Assembly: GCF_014280175.1 (NCBI RefSeq) | Contig: NZ_CP047931.1 | Location: 330,001-362,000, forward strand | Direction: 5' to 3' | Origin: Synechococcus sp. A15-28 | Lineage (GTDB): Bacteria; Cyanobacteriota; Cyanobacteriia; PCC-6307; Cyanobiaceae | DNA length: 32,000 nt | Part shown: positions 8,604-16,987 of the stretch, piece by piece | Numbering within the stretch: the first letter of the stretch is position 1 | Layout of the letters: the number at the start of each line of letters is the position of its first letter | Translations under genes and position numbers: made by a program | Notes under the pieces: generated by a model | Database searches by the model: none | Seen by the model: the letters and a program-made list of their open reading frames with translations, nothing else | Told to the model about the DNA's origin: nothing

Positions 8604-9695
8604 TCACCAGAGGCTGCACTGTCCCTGCTGCCGCAGCAGGTGATCCGCCAGCACCAGCGCCACCATGGCCTCCACCATCGGCACAGCCCTGGGCAACACA
8701 CAGGGATCGTGTCGTCCCTTGCCGGCCAGGGTGGTGGCCTTGCCGTCGGAATCCACGGTCTGCTGTTCCTTGCGGATCGTGGCGGTGGGCTTGAAGGCCA
8801 CCCGGATCACAATCGGTTCGCCGTTGCTGATGCCGCCCTGGATGCCCCCGGAGTTGTTGGTGGCTGTCTGCAGCCGTCCATCCGCGGTGGGAACAAAGGC
8901 ATCGTTGTGCTCGCTGCCCTTGAGCAAGGTGCCATCGAAGCCGGAACCGATCTCGAAGCCCTTGGTGGCGGGGAGGGACATCACCGCCTTGGCCAGATCG
9001 GCCTCCAGCTTGTCGAAGACAGGCATGCCTAAACCTGGGGCGGGGTTGCGCACGACGCACTCGATCACCCCGCCACAGGAGTCGCCGTCCCGCCCGATCG
9101 CCTCGATCCGCTCCACCATCTGAGCGGCTGTGGAGGCGTCCGGGCAGCGGACGATGTTGCTCTCGATCGCCTCCAGCGTCACCGCCTGGGGATCCACGGA
9201 AGCTTCGATGGTGTGGATGCGCTTGACCCAGGCCAGCACTTCCGTGCCTGCGGCTTTGGCCAGCAGCTGCTTGGCAATCGCACCAGCCGCCACACGCCCG
9301 ATGGTTTCCCGGGCTGAGGCTCGCCCGCCACCGCTGCGCGCCTGGATGCCGTATTTCACCTGGTACGTGGCATCGGCATGGGAGGGCCGAAAGGCCACGG
9401 CCATGTCCTTGTAGTCGCCCGGGCGCTGGTCTTTGTTGCGCACCAGCATGGCGATCGGTGTTCCCAGGGTGGTCTGACCATCGAGGAGACCGCTCAGCAC
9501 CTCCACCTGATCCGCTTCCTTGCGTGGTGTGGTGATGTGGCTCTGGCCCGGCCGTCGCCGGTCCAGCTCCGCCTGGATCGCCTCAACATTCAAGTCCAGA
9601 CGCGGAGGGCAACCCTCCACGATCACCCCCACGCCACCGCCGTGGGACTCACCGAAGGTGCTGATCCGAAACAGATCGCCGAAGCTGCTGCCCAT
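8604..9695 (-). CDS. aroC: Chorismate synthase
   Basis: 363 aa with '[30 protein letters not shown]', '[17 protein letters not shown]', '[23 protein letters not shown]'. Confidence 0.97.
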   Translation of the reverse strand: MGSSFGDLFRISTFGESHGGGVGVIVEGCPPRLDLNVEAIQAELDRRRPGQSHITTPRKEADQVEVLSGLLDGQTTLGTPIAMLVRNKDQRPGDYKDMAVAFRPSHADATYQVKYGIQARSGGGRASARETIGRVAAGAIAKQLLAKAAGTEVLAWVKRIHTIEASVDPQAVTLEAIESNIVRCPDASTAAQMVERIEAIGRDGDSCGGVIECVVRNPAPGLGMPVFDKLEADLAKAVMSLPATKGFEIGSGFDGTLLKGSEHNDAFVPTADGRLQTATNNSGGIQGGISNGEPIVIRVAFKPTATIRKEQQTVDSDGKATTLAGKGRHDPCVLPRAVPMVEAMVALVLADHLLRQQGQCSLW

Positions 9696-9718
9696 GGAGT
9701 CTCCGCTCTACCTGGAGG

Positions 9719-10453
9719 CTACGAAGCCGCCGATCGCAGCAGCGCTCGTTGTCGCATGTTCTGCAGACGCTGCCAAAGCTGGGCGATTCCGAGAAAGATC
9801 CAGCTCATCCCCACCAACCAGACGGGTTGGTCACGCCGGAACACGTCAAACAGCAGCACCACCCTCGGCTGGTCCGATCGGTTGACGGCGGAATGCATGA
9901 AGGTGTCGTCCCAGAGGAAGCCATCGCCTTCCTTCAGGTAGTAAGTCTCGCCATCGATCTGCAGTTCGCAGGAGCTGCGTCCATCCCCCAGATCGGCCAC
10001 ATACAGAGGGAGGTGGAACCGCCAAACCCCCTTAAAAGGCCCTTTGTGGGGCCGCAGCACTTTCCCTGGCGGGAACAGGCTCACAGCGGCGGAGACCACA
10101 TCGCGATGGCGGTTGAGAAAGCTCAGCAGGCTCGGGATCAAGGCCTGATTAGCGGGGTAGTCGTAGCCATAGCCCCGCAGCGGCAACATCCCCCACACCT
10201 TGCGATCGAATTCGTAGAGCGTGCGCTGCTGCTCCATGATCTCGTGGTTGGCCGGCAGGCGACCGGAGAGCGCCACCTCCAGGGTTTCCTGGCGGATGGC
10301 CTCAAAGTTGCTGTGCAGTTCGGCGCTGGCCGGGAAGTGATCCAGAGCTGGCACCACAGGCGGGTTGTGGAGCGATCGCTCGTAGCACCAGCGGGCGATC
10401 TCACGCCAGAAGCGATAGTTCCAGGGGGCCCAGCGCAGCAGTTTCTTCCGCAC
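9719..10453 (-). CDS. Aspartyl/asparaginyl beta-hydroxylase family protein
   Basis: 244 aa with 'VSLFPPGKVLRPHKGPFKGVWRFHLPLYV', 'YYLKEGDGFLWDDTFMHSAVNRSDQPRVVLLFDVFR', a cupin-like 2-oxoglutarate dioxygenase pattern. Confidence 0.85.
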   Translation of the reverse strand: MRKKLLRWAPWNYRFWREIARWCYERSLHNPPVVPALDHFPASAELHSNFEAIRQETLEVALSGRLPANHEIMEQQRTLYEFDRKVWGMLPLRGYGYDYPANQALIPSLLSFLNRHRDVVSAAVSLFPPGKVLRPHKGPFKGVWRFHLPLYVADLGDGRSSCELQIDGETYYLKEGDGFLWDDTFMHSAVNRSDQPRVVLLFDVFRRDQPVWLVGMSWIFLGIAQLWQRLQNMRQRALLRSAAS

Positions 10454-10497
10454 AGCCCTCGTTCAATCGGGCGAAAGCATCGCACGTGCGTGAGCTG

Positions 10498-11148
10498 TTA
10501 GGCGTCTCCAACGACGAAAGACAATCCTGCGAGACCAAAGGGGCGGTAGGGCTCAAATGCAAGATCACAACGTAATGTCTTGAACTCCAAGAAAGCGTTA
10601 CGGGCTCCTGAATAATCGAAACGTGTGCCACAGTGATAATGCTCGAAAGCGAGAATTACTCCGCTTGTGAGGTGAGTTGATACGAAGAGCAGTGCTGCTC
10701 TGACTTCGGTGAAGGAGTGGAAAGTGATAAGCAAAAATGCCAACTGATGTGGAAGTGGAGGCGGATTCGTTGAAAAAGTTGGAACGAGCTTGATTACTTC
10801 CACCTGCTGGGCATCAATGCCAGCACGCCAGCACCGATTCTTGAAAGTCTTTTCAGACATCAGAGGAGTATTGGGGAGCCAACGCGGATGCAGATCTCGT
10901 TCTGTTTGAGGTTCGGGGATGCGATCAAAAGTGCTGTATGCCCAGAGTCTCCTGTCGGTTGGCTGACTTCGCACAGCCCTCCAAGCCATCTGAAATGTAA
11001 TGAACCTTTGGCATCCAAACTCGACGTAATCGCCATTGATTTTGTTGAAATGAAGAAGTCTTAGGGATTTTCGAAGAAATGCCGCTGTGTCTGCGTTGTT
11101 GGCGTGTTGTTCCTGCGATCTTGAAAGAATATGGTTCATTCGCCTCAT
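10498..11148 (-). CDS. TylF/macrocin O-methyltransferase-like protein, divergent
   Basis: 216 aa. It retains the family-like anchors 'FNKINGDYVEFGC', 'WAYSTFDRIPEP', 'LTSGVILAFEHYHCG...GARNAFLEF', but the usual Asp-rich motifs are altered. Confidence 0.5.
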   Translation of the reverse strand: MRRMNHILSRSQEQHANNADTAAFLRKSLRLLHFNKINGDYVEFGCQRFITFQMAWRAVRSQPTDRRLWAYSTFDRIPEPQTERDLHPRWLPNTPLMSEKTFKNRCWRAGIDAQQVEVIKLVPTFSTNPPPLPHQLAFLLITFHSFTEVRAALLFVSTHLTSGVILAFEHYHCGTRFDYSGARNAFLEFKTLRCDLAFEPYRPFGLAGLSFVVGDA

Positions 11149-12143
11149 TGTTCTGAGGATGGCGTCATTGATGAGCCTCTCGCAGGCTCAATATGAAAAA
11201 GTAGTTCAAGTGCTTCCCGCAAGGTTGATGTCCAATCCATATTTCTACGTCTTACCAGCACAGTGTTGGGGTAAAAAGGGGATTTATCGACATGGTCAGG
11301 CCAAGTGGTGACACTTTTGCTGTCCAATACCACCACACAAGGAATACCAAGGGCGCCTGCCATGTGGGCTGTCGTGTTGCTGATCGTTAAGACGCGTTGG
11401 ACGGATGCGACTTGAGAGGCAAATCCATCGAGGTCTTTGAACTGATCTATCCGACGAGCTGCTTTAACTGGTCGGCCACTCTTTTGAACAAGTTCTTTAA
11501 GCCCAGCCCGCCCTTCCTGATACTGCAAGGACTGCACGCGACCTCGCACATCACGAATGAGCTCTGCCCAGTTTTCTAAGGAAGGTAGACATTTGTGGAT
11601 CGCTTTTGAGTACCATGAGATGCCAAGCCCTCGCGGGTTTATCGCAGATGTAGGTGGAGGACTCAGCGGTAGGAAGCTGTTGAGGATGAGCTCTTCGTTA
11701 TGTGCATAGAATAATGCAAGTTGTTCATAGGTAGTCCAAGCCGTTTCGTTATCCTGAGGTAATGCGTCATTGGCGCTGATGAAACGGACATAAGGGAAAC
11801 TGCGGTTGAATAGAGGAATTAAGCGCTCTTCGGTTTGAACAATGAGCTCACAGACATCTGCGGCTGCTTGGGCTACGAGATGTACCAGTCGTAGTTCATC
11901 ACCAAGATCCCGCTTTCTTTCCTCAACAACGAGGGTTCTAACGCGATCGCAGGGTCCTCGCCAAAGTCGGCCATGCTTAGACTTTTCCAGCGCGGCTATT
12001 GCTTGAAAGGTTTTCCATGCCTGTTTGTAGTAGCAGCAACGCTCCATTTTGTTGGCGGCTTCAGTCATACTAATTAAGTCGCTCTCAGCTTCTGCTAGGC
12101 GAGCCTTTTCCACATGCCAGGACAAGTTGGAGTAGCGCATCAT
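11145..12143 (-). CDS. Glycosyltransferase-like protein of the GT9 / TPR-linked GT group
   Basis: 332 aa with 'DLGDELRLVHLVAQAAADVCELIVQTEERLIPLFNRSFPYVRFI' and a C-terminal 'VLTISNTTAHMAGALGIPCVVVLD...SPFYPNTVLVRRRNMDW', resembling TPR/FlbA-type transferases. It overlaps the next gene by 4 nt. Confidence 0.65.
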   Translation of the reverse strand: MMRYSNLSWHVEKARLAEAESDLISMTEAANKMERCCYYKQAWKTFQAIAALEKSKHGRLWRGPCDRVRTLVVEERKRDLGDELRLVHLVAQAAADVCELIVQTEERLIPLFNRSFPYVRFISANDALPQDNETAWTTYEQLALFYAHNEELILNSFLPLSPPPTSAINPRGLGISWYSKAIHKCLPSLENWAELIRDVRGRVQSLQYQEGRAGLKELVQKSGRPVKAARRIDQFKDLDGFASQVASVQRVLTISNTTAHMAGALGIPCVVVLDSKSVTTWPDHVDKSPFYPNTVLVRRRNMDWTSTLREALELLFHIEPARGSSMTPSSEQ

Positions 12144-12250
12144 TGTGTGGAGGTGGTCACTTTGGAGAACCGTGGTAGTTGCTCATCGGCTTATAGACCG
12201 ATACACAACTTTCAACCCTGGCATAGAAGGAGGGATGGCCATTTAAGCTC

Positions 12251-13654
12251 TCAGTCCCTCTCCACCCCATCGCCGCACTTGATCCGCTGACGGTCGAGTT
12301 TGCGTTGGAGGTGCGGTGTGATCCCCAGCTCTGCGGTGTCCCAGAGGCGGTCCATCTCACGGGTGAAGTGTTGGGCGAGTTGGGGTGAGTGAATCACCAG
12401 CAGGGTCTCGTCGTTGGTGTGGGCAGCAGAGGGGCTCCAATTGAAGCTCCCTGTGATCACCGTTTTGTTGTCGATCACGGCGAACTTGTGGTGCAATTTG
12501 TCGCCTCGAGCGAGGCGAGGGGTGCCCACGCCGCGGATGGGCTGTTGGAAGGGTTTGTTGTTGGCCTCGAGTTTGCAGTGCCGATCCGGCAGGGCCACCC
12601 CCAACAGATCGAGCACTTCTGAGAACGTTCGGCTGGCGAAGCCTGGGTCGGCCACCAGCCGAATCTTGCCCCCTTTGTTGGCGCGCTCCTCCAGCACATT
12701 CGCCAGCTGCTGAGCTGAAAACACGAACAGGGCCATGTCGATCTGTCGCTGGGCTGCCGCCAGCTTTGCTGCCAACCAGTTCAACCCGTGGGAGGCGTTG
12801 CGCTTTGGGTGAGGACTGAACAGCACCTCCACCTCCACATCGCCGACGGTGATCCTCTCCGCTTCATGGCCGCCCTTGCCCAGCCCAAAGCGGCTGTCCT
12901 TGGCGCCGCCGGGTCCATCACCCCACATCCGTTCGAACTCGCCTCGGAACACAGCCGCCAAGGCGGTGCTGTCGATTCGCAATAAATGGTTGACGTTGCC
13001 CCGGGTGCTGGCCCTGCCCGCATCACCATGCAGGCCGGAACTGGTGAAGTTGGCGCTGCCGGTGATCACGCTGCGGTCATCGACCACGACGAATTTGTGG
13101 TGCATCAGTCCACTGCCGCTGCTGCCGTCTTCGGTGTCATCCATCAATGGCACACCGGCCTCGACGAGCAACCTGACGGCATCACCGTCGCGGGCCTCCT
13201 GCGGAGTCGTGATCCGATCGCCATCGGCATCGGCCAGTTGCTGGAGTTGGTGCCAGCGATGCCGTTGGTGTTTGGGCAGGTGGCTGGGTTGCTGTTCGCT
13301 CCAGGGGGTGCTGTAGCTGTTCTCCAACACGAGTTTCACCTGCACCCCACGCCGGTGAGCGGCGATCAGTTGCTTGGCGGGGCTTGGCAGCGACAGCTCT
13401 TGAACGGCCACCAGCAGGCTGCTGTCGGCAGCCTGGATGGCCTCGACAATCAGTTGCTCCAGGTCATCACCGTTGCGCCATTCACCCGTGAGAGGGGATG
13501 GGTAGCGACCACTCTCTCGGTGGTTGAAGCCAAGAGCAAACCCGGGGGGTAAGGGGAGATCAGCTTCAACAGCCCCGACGATCTGTCCAGGTCGGCTGCA
13601 GCTGCAGCACAACAACAACGGAATCACCAGTAGCGCCGTGCGGACTCGCATCAA
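12251..13654 (-). CDS. Phospholipase D-like lipoprotein with two HKD-type motifs
   Basis: 467 aa. Signal peptide with lipobox-like 'LLLCCSC', two catalytic-type motifs 'HHKFVVVDDRSVITGSANFT' and 'HHKFAVIDNKTVITGSFNWS', and an internal EF-hand-like 'DADGDRITTPQE'. Confidence 0.85.
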   Translation of the reverse strand: MMRVRTALLVIPLLLCCSCSRPGQIVGAVEADLPLPPGFALGFNHRESGRYPSPLTGEWRNGDDLEQLIVEAIQAADSSLLVAVQELSLPSPAKQLIAAHRRGVQVKLVLENSYSTPWSEQQPSHLPKHQRHRWHQLQQLADADGDRITTPQEARDGDAVRLLVEAGVPLMDDTEDGSSGSGLMHHKFVVVDDRSVITGSANFTSSGLHGDAGRASTRGNVNHLLRIDSTALAAVFRGEFERMWGDGPGGAKDSRFGLGKGGHEAERITVGDVEVEVLFSPHPKRNASHGLNWLAAKLAAAQRQIDMALFVFSAQQLANVLEERANKGGKIRLVADPGFASRTFSEVLDLLGVALPDRHCKLEANNKPFQQPIRGVGTPRLARGDKLHHKFAVIDNKTVITGSFNWSPSAAHTNDETLLVIHSPQLAQHFTREMDRLWDTAELGITPHLQRKLDRQRIKCGDGVERD

Positions 13655-13701
13655 GGCTGAAGTCGCTTCCTCTCAGTGTTCCCCTCTTCGGCGAAGCCCT
13701 A

Positions 13702-13908
13702 TCAGTGGGGCATCTCGGAGGTTTTGAGCATGGCCACAAACCAGAGGCCACTCAGGACAAGGGCTGCTGCAACCCCAGCGCCAATGCCAACCCTGGCCAT
13801 CATGAGCGGCACCACCAAAGGAAAAGCCATCGCCCCTGCGAGAGGGGTGATGGCGACGAACCAACGCAATGCGGTTGGGGACTTGGATTCGGAAGAGTTC
13901 AGAACCAC
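13702..13908 (-). CDS. Small membrane protein
   Basis: 68 aa with two hydrophobic segments: ALRWFVAITPLAGAMAFPLVVPLMMARVGIGAGVAAALVLSGLWFVAMLKTSEMPH. Confidence 0.6.
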   Translation of the reverse strand: MVLNSSESKSPTALRWFVAITPLAGAMAFPLVVPLMMARVGIGAGVAAALVLSGLWFVAMLKTSEMPH

Positions 13909-14993
13909 TCGGCGCGGGCTTCGCTGGCGGGGTTGCTGTTGTCTTCGGGGGTCTGACGCTCGAAGTTCAGGGTGATGTTGCGCTTCTGCTCCCCATCCGC
14001 TGCGGTGGCCTCGATGGCATACACCTGTTCGCCATCGCGGAAGGGAACCTGGATGCGGAAGGTGCCATCGGTGGACAGGGGCACCTCTTCGCCGCCGATG
14101 GTGAGGCGGGCAGAAGGATCGGTGGCGCCGTAAACGATAAGCTCAGCATCAGCCACAAGCCAGAAGGAGCGTTGGCGAGGTGCCACGCCACCAAGGCCGG
14201 ACTCATTGCGGCCACTGGCCCAGAGGCCGATGCCGGAGTCGTTCAGACCGAAGCGGTCGGAGTCAGACGAGGAATCAATCGCTTCCTGGAATTCCTCGGA
14301 GCCGACGCGACGGCGGCGGAAGTGAACGGTTGCGCTCTGGTAAAGACGCTCATGCAGACCGCTGTCGCTGGATTCGGCCGGGGGGGCGACGGGTGCGGGC
14401 TCAACCACCGGAGCGGGGGAGGCGTTGTCCAGGCTGAAGGGAACGAATTGATCGAGGATCTGCTCGCTGGGGTGCAAAGCCGGGACGCGGGCCACGGACG
14501 AGAAGGCCAGGGACATCCAGGTGGTGCCGATGCGGTAGCCCAGTTCAACGCGGTAGTCGCGATCGCAAAGGGGAACAGGCAGGTACCACTCGGTGCTGTG
14601 GCTATCAACAGGGACTTCCTGAAGCGTGTGGGGATGGGCGTTGCCGTCCTGCATGCCGGTCACATCGGCAAGTCGCAGGCAGAGGCGGCTGGCGCCTTCC
14701 TTCTGAGCACGCTTGCGGTCGTTGTCGGAGATCTCCCAGAACACGTAGGCCCACTGGGGATCGCGGGGAAGGAAGACCACACGGGTTTCTGTGGTCGAAA
14801 CAGCGGGGGGTGTTAGTTCGGCTTCGATGGCTTTCAGATCGCCACCGCGCTTCTCCTGACGCTGCGCCACCTCATCAACCAGAGCCTCCTTGCTCTTGCG
14901 GCTGTAGAGCGGAACACCGAGATCGCTGGCGATCTGGCGCAATTGACGCAGGGTCAGACGTGCCAATGAGGTCAGGGTCTGAGACACGTCCAA
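13899..14993 (-). CDS. DUF4912 domain protein with N-terminal SAP/Rho-N-like motif
   Basis: 364 aa. N-terminus 'LARLTLRQLRQIASDLGVPLYSRKSKEALVDEVAQRQEKR' then 'VVFLPRDPQWAYVFWEISDNDRKRAQKEGASRLCLRLADVTG...WYLPVPLCDRDYRVELGYR'. Confidence 0.8.
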   Translation of the reverse strand: MDVSQTLTSLARLTLRQLRQIASDLGVPLYSRKSKEALVDEVAQRQEKRGGDLKAIEAELTPPAVSTTETRVVFLPRDPQWAYVFWEISDNDRKRAQKEGASRLCLRLADVTGMQDGNAHPHTLQEVPVDSHSTEWYLPVPLCDRDYRVELGYRIGTTWMSLAFSSVARVPALHPSEQILDQFVPFSLDNASPAPVVEPAPVAPPAESSDSGLHERLYQSATVHFRRRRVGSEEFQEAIDSSSDSDRFGLNDSGIGLWASGRNESGLGGVAPRQRSFWLVADAELIVYGATDPSARLTIGGEEVPLSTDGTFRIQVPFRDGEQVYAIEATAADGEQKRNITLNFERQTPEDNSNPASEARAEWF

Positions 14994-15120
14994 AACTCCA
15001 GGATTCGTTTGGGATCATTGTGCGATGAAAAAAACCTTTCCGAACCGTTAACGAACCCAGGGTCAGTGGATCCTGACCCTGAACGGCTTCCGCAGAGCGG
15101 GGATCACTGTCAGGCACACA

Positions 15121-15150
15121 AAAAAAGCGGGGCTTAAGCCCCGCTTTTTT
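15121..15150 (-). terminator. Perfectly palindromic Rho-independent terminator downstream of cpcG
   Basis: AAAAAAGCGGGGCTTAAGCCCCGCTTTTTT is its own reverse complement over 30 nt. It lies just past the stop of the minus-strand linker gene (15170). Confidence 0.85.
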
Positions 15151-15169
15151 TGTGTTTGGAGAGGTTGGA

Positions 15170-15928
15170 TCAGCGACCGATGCTGCGGTAGGGCACGCGT
15201 GACATGTAGTCGATGTCGGTGCTGGAGGAATTGCCGCGTGGGTTGGGCATGGGGACGTCCTTGAGCCAGGCCATGTAGTCGCTGGGGGATCCACCGCGTT
15301 TGATCTTGGCCCGGGCTGGCAGCTGCTTGGCAGGCCCGCCCGTGAACATGATCTGAGGGAAGCCAAGGATTCCCCGGTAGTACTCGTCGTAACGAGGGCT
15401 GGTGATGTTGAACGGGGTATCACCGAGCTCACGGCCGGGCAGCACGCGGTTGCGCTGAGAGGGGACGGTGTCGTAGCCGAAGGCATCCAGGTATTCCTGG
15501 CTGTCGAGCAGCACATCCACAAGACCCTCAACGCCCTTGGTGCCGATCACGATGGACCATGCAATCTCTTCAGACTTGTTGGTTTTGCGACCCAGCAGCT
15601 TCTCAACAAGGTGGCGCACCACCTTGTAATTGCTGTTCATGCCGTAGAAGCTGCGCTTGAACGTGTCGGAAAGCACCAGGCCGCGCACGAAGTCGCGAAC
15701 CGTGATCTGGCCATCCTTCAACTGGGACTCCAGGTTCACATCCCGATCGGACTTGAAGGCGTGAAAGAAGATCTGGCGGTAGGCGCTCTCGATCACGGTG
15801 TCGAGATTGTCCCGATCCATGGCGATCTCCATGGAATTGGCGCGGGCCGTTTCATCGGATTGAACACGCAGGGCCGCCACCCGGGAGTTCTGGGTGATTG
15901 GTGCGTACTCCAGAAGGGGAATGGCCAC
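15170..15928 (-). CDS. cpcG: Phycobilisome rod-core linker polypeptide (CpcG-type)
   Basis: 'VAIPLLEYAPITQNSRVAALRV' from a GTG start at 15928, with the linker domain 'ESAYRQIFFHAFKSDRDVNLESQLKDGQITVRDFVRGLVLSDTFKRSFYGMNSNYKVVRHLVEKLLGR'. Confidence 0.93.
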   Translation of the reverse strand: MAIPLLEYAPITQNSRVAALRVQSDETARANSMEIAMDRDNLDTVIESAYRQIFFHAFKSDRDVNLESQLKDGQITVRDFVRGLVLSDTFKRSFYGMNSNYKVVRHLVEKLLGRKTNKSEEIAWSIVIGTKGVEGLVDVLLDSQEYLDAFGYDTVPSQRNRVLPGRELGDTPFNITSPRYDEYYRGILGFPQIMFTGGPAKQLPARAKIKRGGSPSDYMAWLKDVPMPNPRGNSSSTDIDYMSRVPYRSIGR

Positions 15929-16036
15929 GCGAGCTTCAGCATCCACTGCCGGCGATCGTAGAAGTGGGCGCAAGCCCCCACTCCCTGGGGTTGAGCAGCA
16001 ATTACATCCCGTAATAGTCGCCCTGAGTACTTCTGC

Positions 16037-16633
16037 TTACCAGCCGAAGGGGGCGAGGATCTGGGCCTGCTTGGAGCTGGTGGACGCGCTCGGAGCCGGG
16101 GTGTCCAGCATCCGCGTTTCCATGCAGAACGATGCGTTGTTGGAGAGCCCTTGAACCGTGCTGGTGCGCAGCCGCAGGTTGGGGCCGGCAAACCAAAACC
16201 GTTCGAGGGAGCTCATCATTTCGTAGTCCGTGGTGAGGATCAGGCCGTTCTCCTCGTCCATGCGGAACTCCCCGGCAACCGGCGCCTTCTCGGCGTAGCC
16301 GCGATCCCGCAGCAGCAGTCCGCTCCGGCCTGAATCGTCGCTCGGGATCAGGCCGAACATCGTCTGATCTTCATGGGATTCTCCGGCGCGATCCCAGGCC
16401 ATGGAGCCACTCCAGCGCACCCAGCAGCCTCCAATGATCCGCTCAACGCTCTCATTGTTGCGTTCAGCGATCTCGGCCAGCCGCGCGTCCCCTTTGTGCA
16501 GCTCTTCCACCACGATGAAGGAGGCACCGGCTTCGGCCCGGCGATGCAACAGGTGGTGTTGGCTGCGCTGTGAAGTCCAGCGACCGCAGCTCAGGCGGAA
16601 AAAGCTGAGGGCATCAGCGATCTCAAGGGGCAT
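16037..16633 (-). CDS. CpcS/CpeS family phycobiliprotein chromophore lyase
   Basis: 198 aa with 'FFRLSCGRWTSQRSQHHLLHRRAEAGASFIVVEEL', 'GCWVRWSGSMAWD', 'ERFWFAGPNLRLRTSTVQGLSNNASFCMETR', and adjacency to cpcG. Confidence 0.85.
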   Translation of the reverse strand: MPLEIADALSFFRLSCGRWTSQRSQHHLLHRRAEAGASFIVVEELHKGDARLAEIAERNNESVERIIGGCWVRWSGSMAWDRAGESHEDQTMFGLIPSDDSGRSGLLLRDRGYAEKAPVAGEFRMDEENGLILTTDYEMMSSLERFWFAGPNLRLRTSTVQGLSNNASFCMETRMLDTPAPSASTSSKQAQILAPFGW

Positions 16634-16982
16634 CGGCGCTCTTGTTCTGAAGTTGATGATGGCAGCGGGCTTCCGCCGCGGTGATCAGGTCGTCGAGGTT
16701 GAGCTGCAGCGGAGCTTTGTTGAGGCTCTCGGCAAGGGCCTGGAGTTGTTCGGCGGCTCCATTGAGCTGAAGCATCAGGGACCGCAGAAAGGCCGGATCC
16801 TCGGCAACGACGGGCTGCTGTTCGCACCAGCGGCGACGGCTGGCGGCATCGGGGAGACGTCCTTCAGCGTCGTGGTCCATGGCCTGGAAGCTGTCCAGGC
16901 AGTGGGCCAGCAAACGCAAGTGGTGCCGGTCCATCTGCGGGAGCAGGGTGGCATCGATCCTGGCGATTGCCTCAGCATCCAT
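16623..16982 (-). CDS. Hypothetical protein
   Basis: 119 aa helical ORF in a co-oriented run, overlapping the lyase start by about 11 nt. Confidence 0.65.
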   Translation of the reverse strand: MDAEAIARIDATLLPQMDRHHLRLLAHCLDSFQAMDHDAEGRLPDAASRRRWCEQQPVVAEDPAFLRSLMLQLNGAAEQLQALAESLNKAPLQLNLDDLITAAEARCHHQLQNKSADAP

Positions 16983-16987
16983 GCGCT

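Noticed and set aside
10454-12200. AT-rich insert considered as a mobile element or defence island
   Set aside because: No transposase, integrase, terminal repeats, nuclease, helicase or toxin-antitoxin features were seen. The genes look like modification enzymes.
13869-14816. 315-aa plus-strand ORF
   Set aside because: Antisense to the DUF4912 protein, which has a convincing domain pattern.
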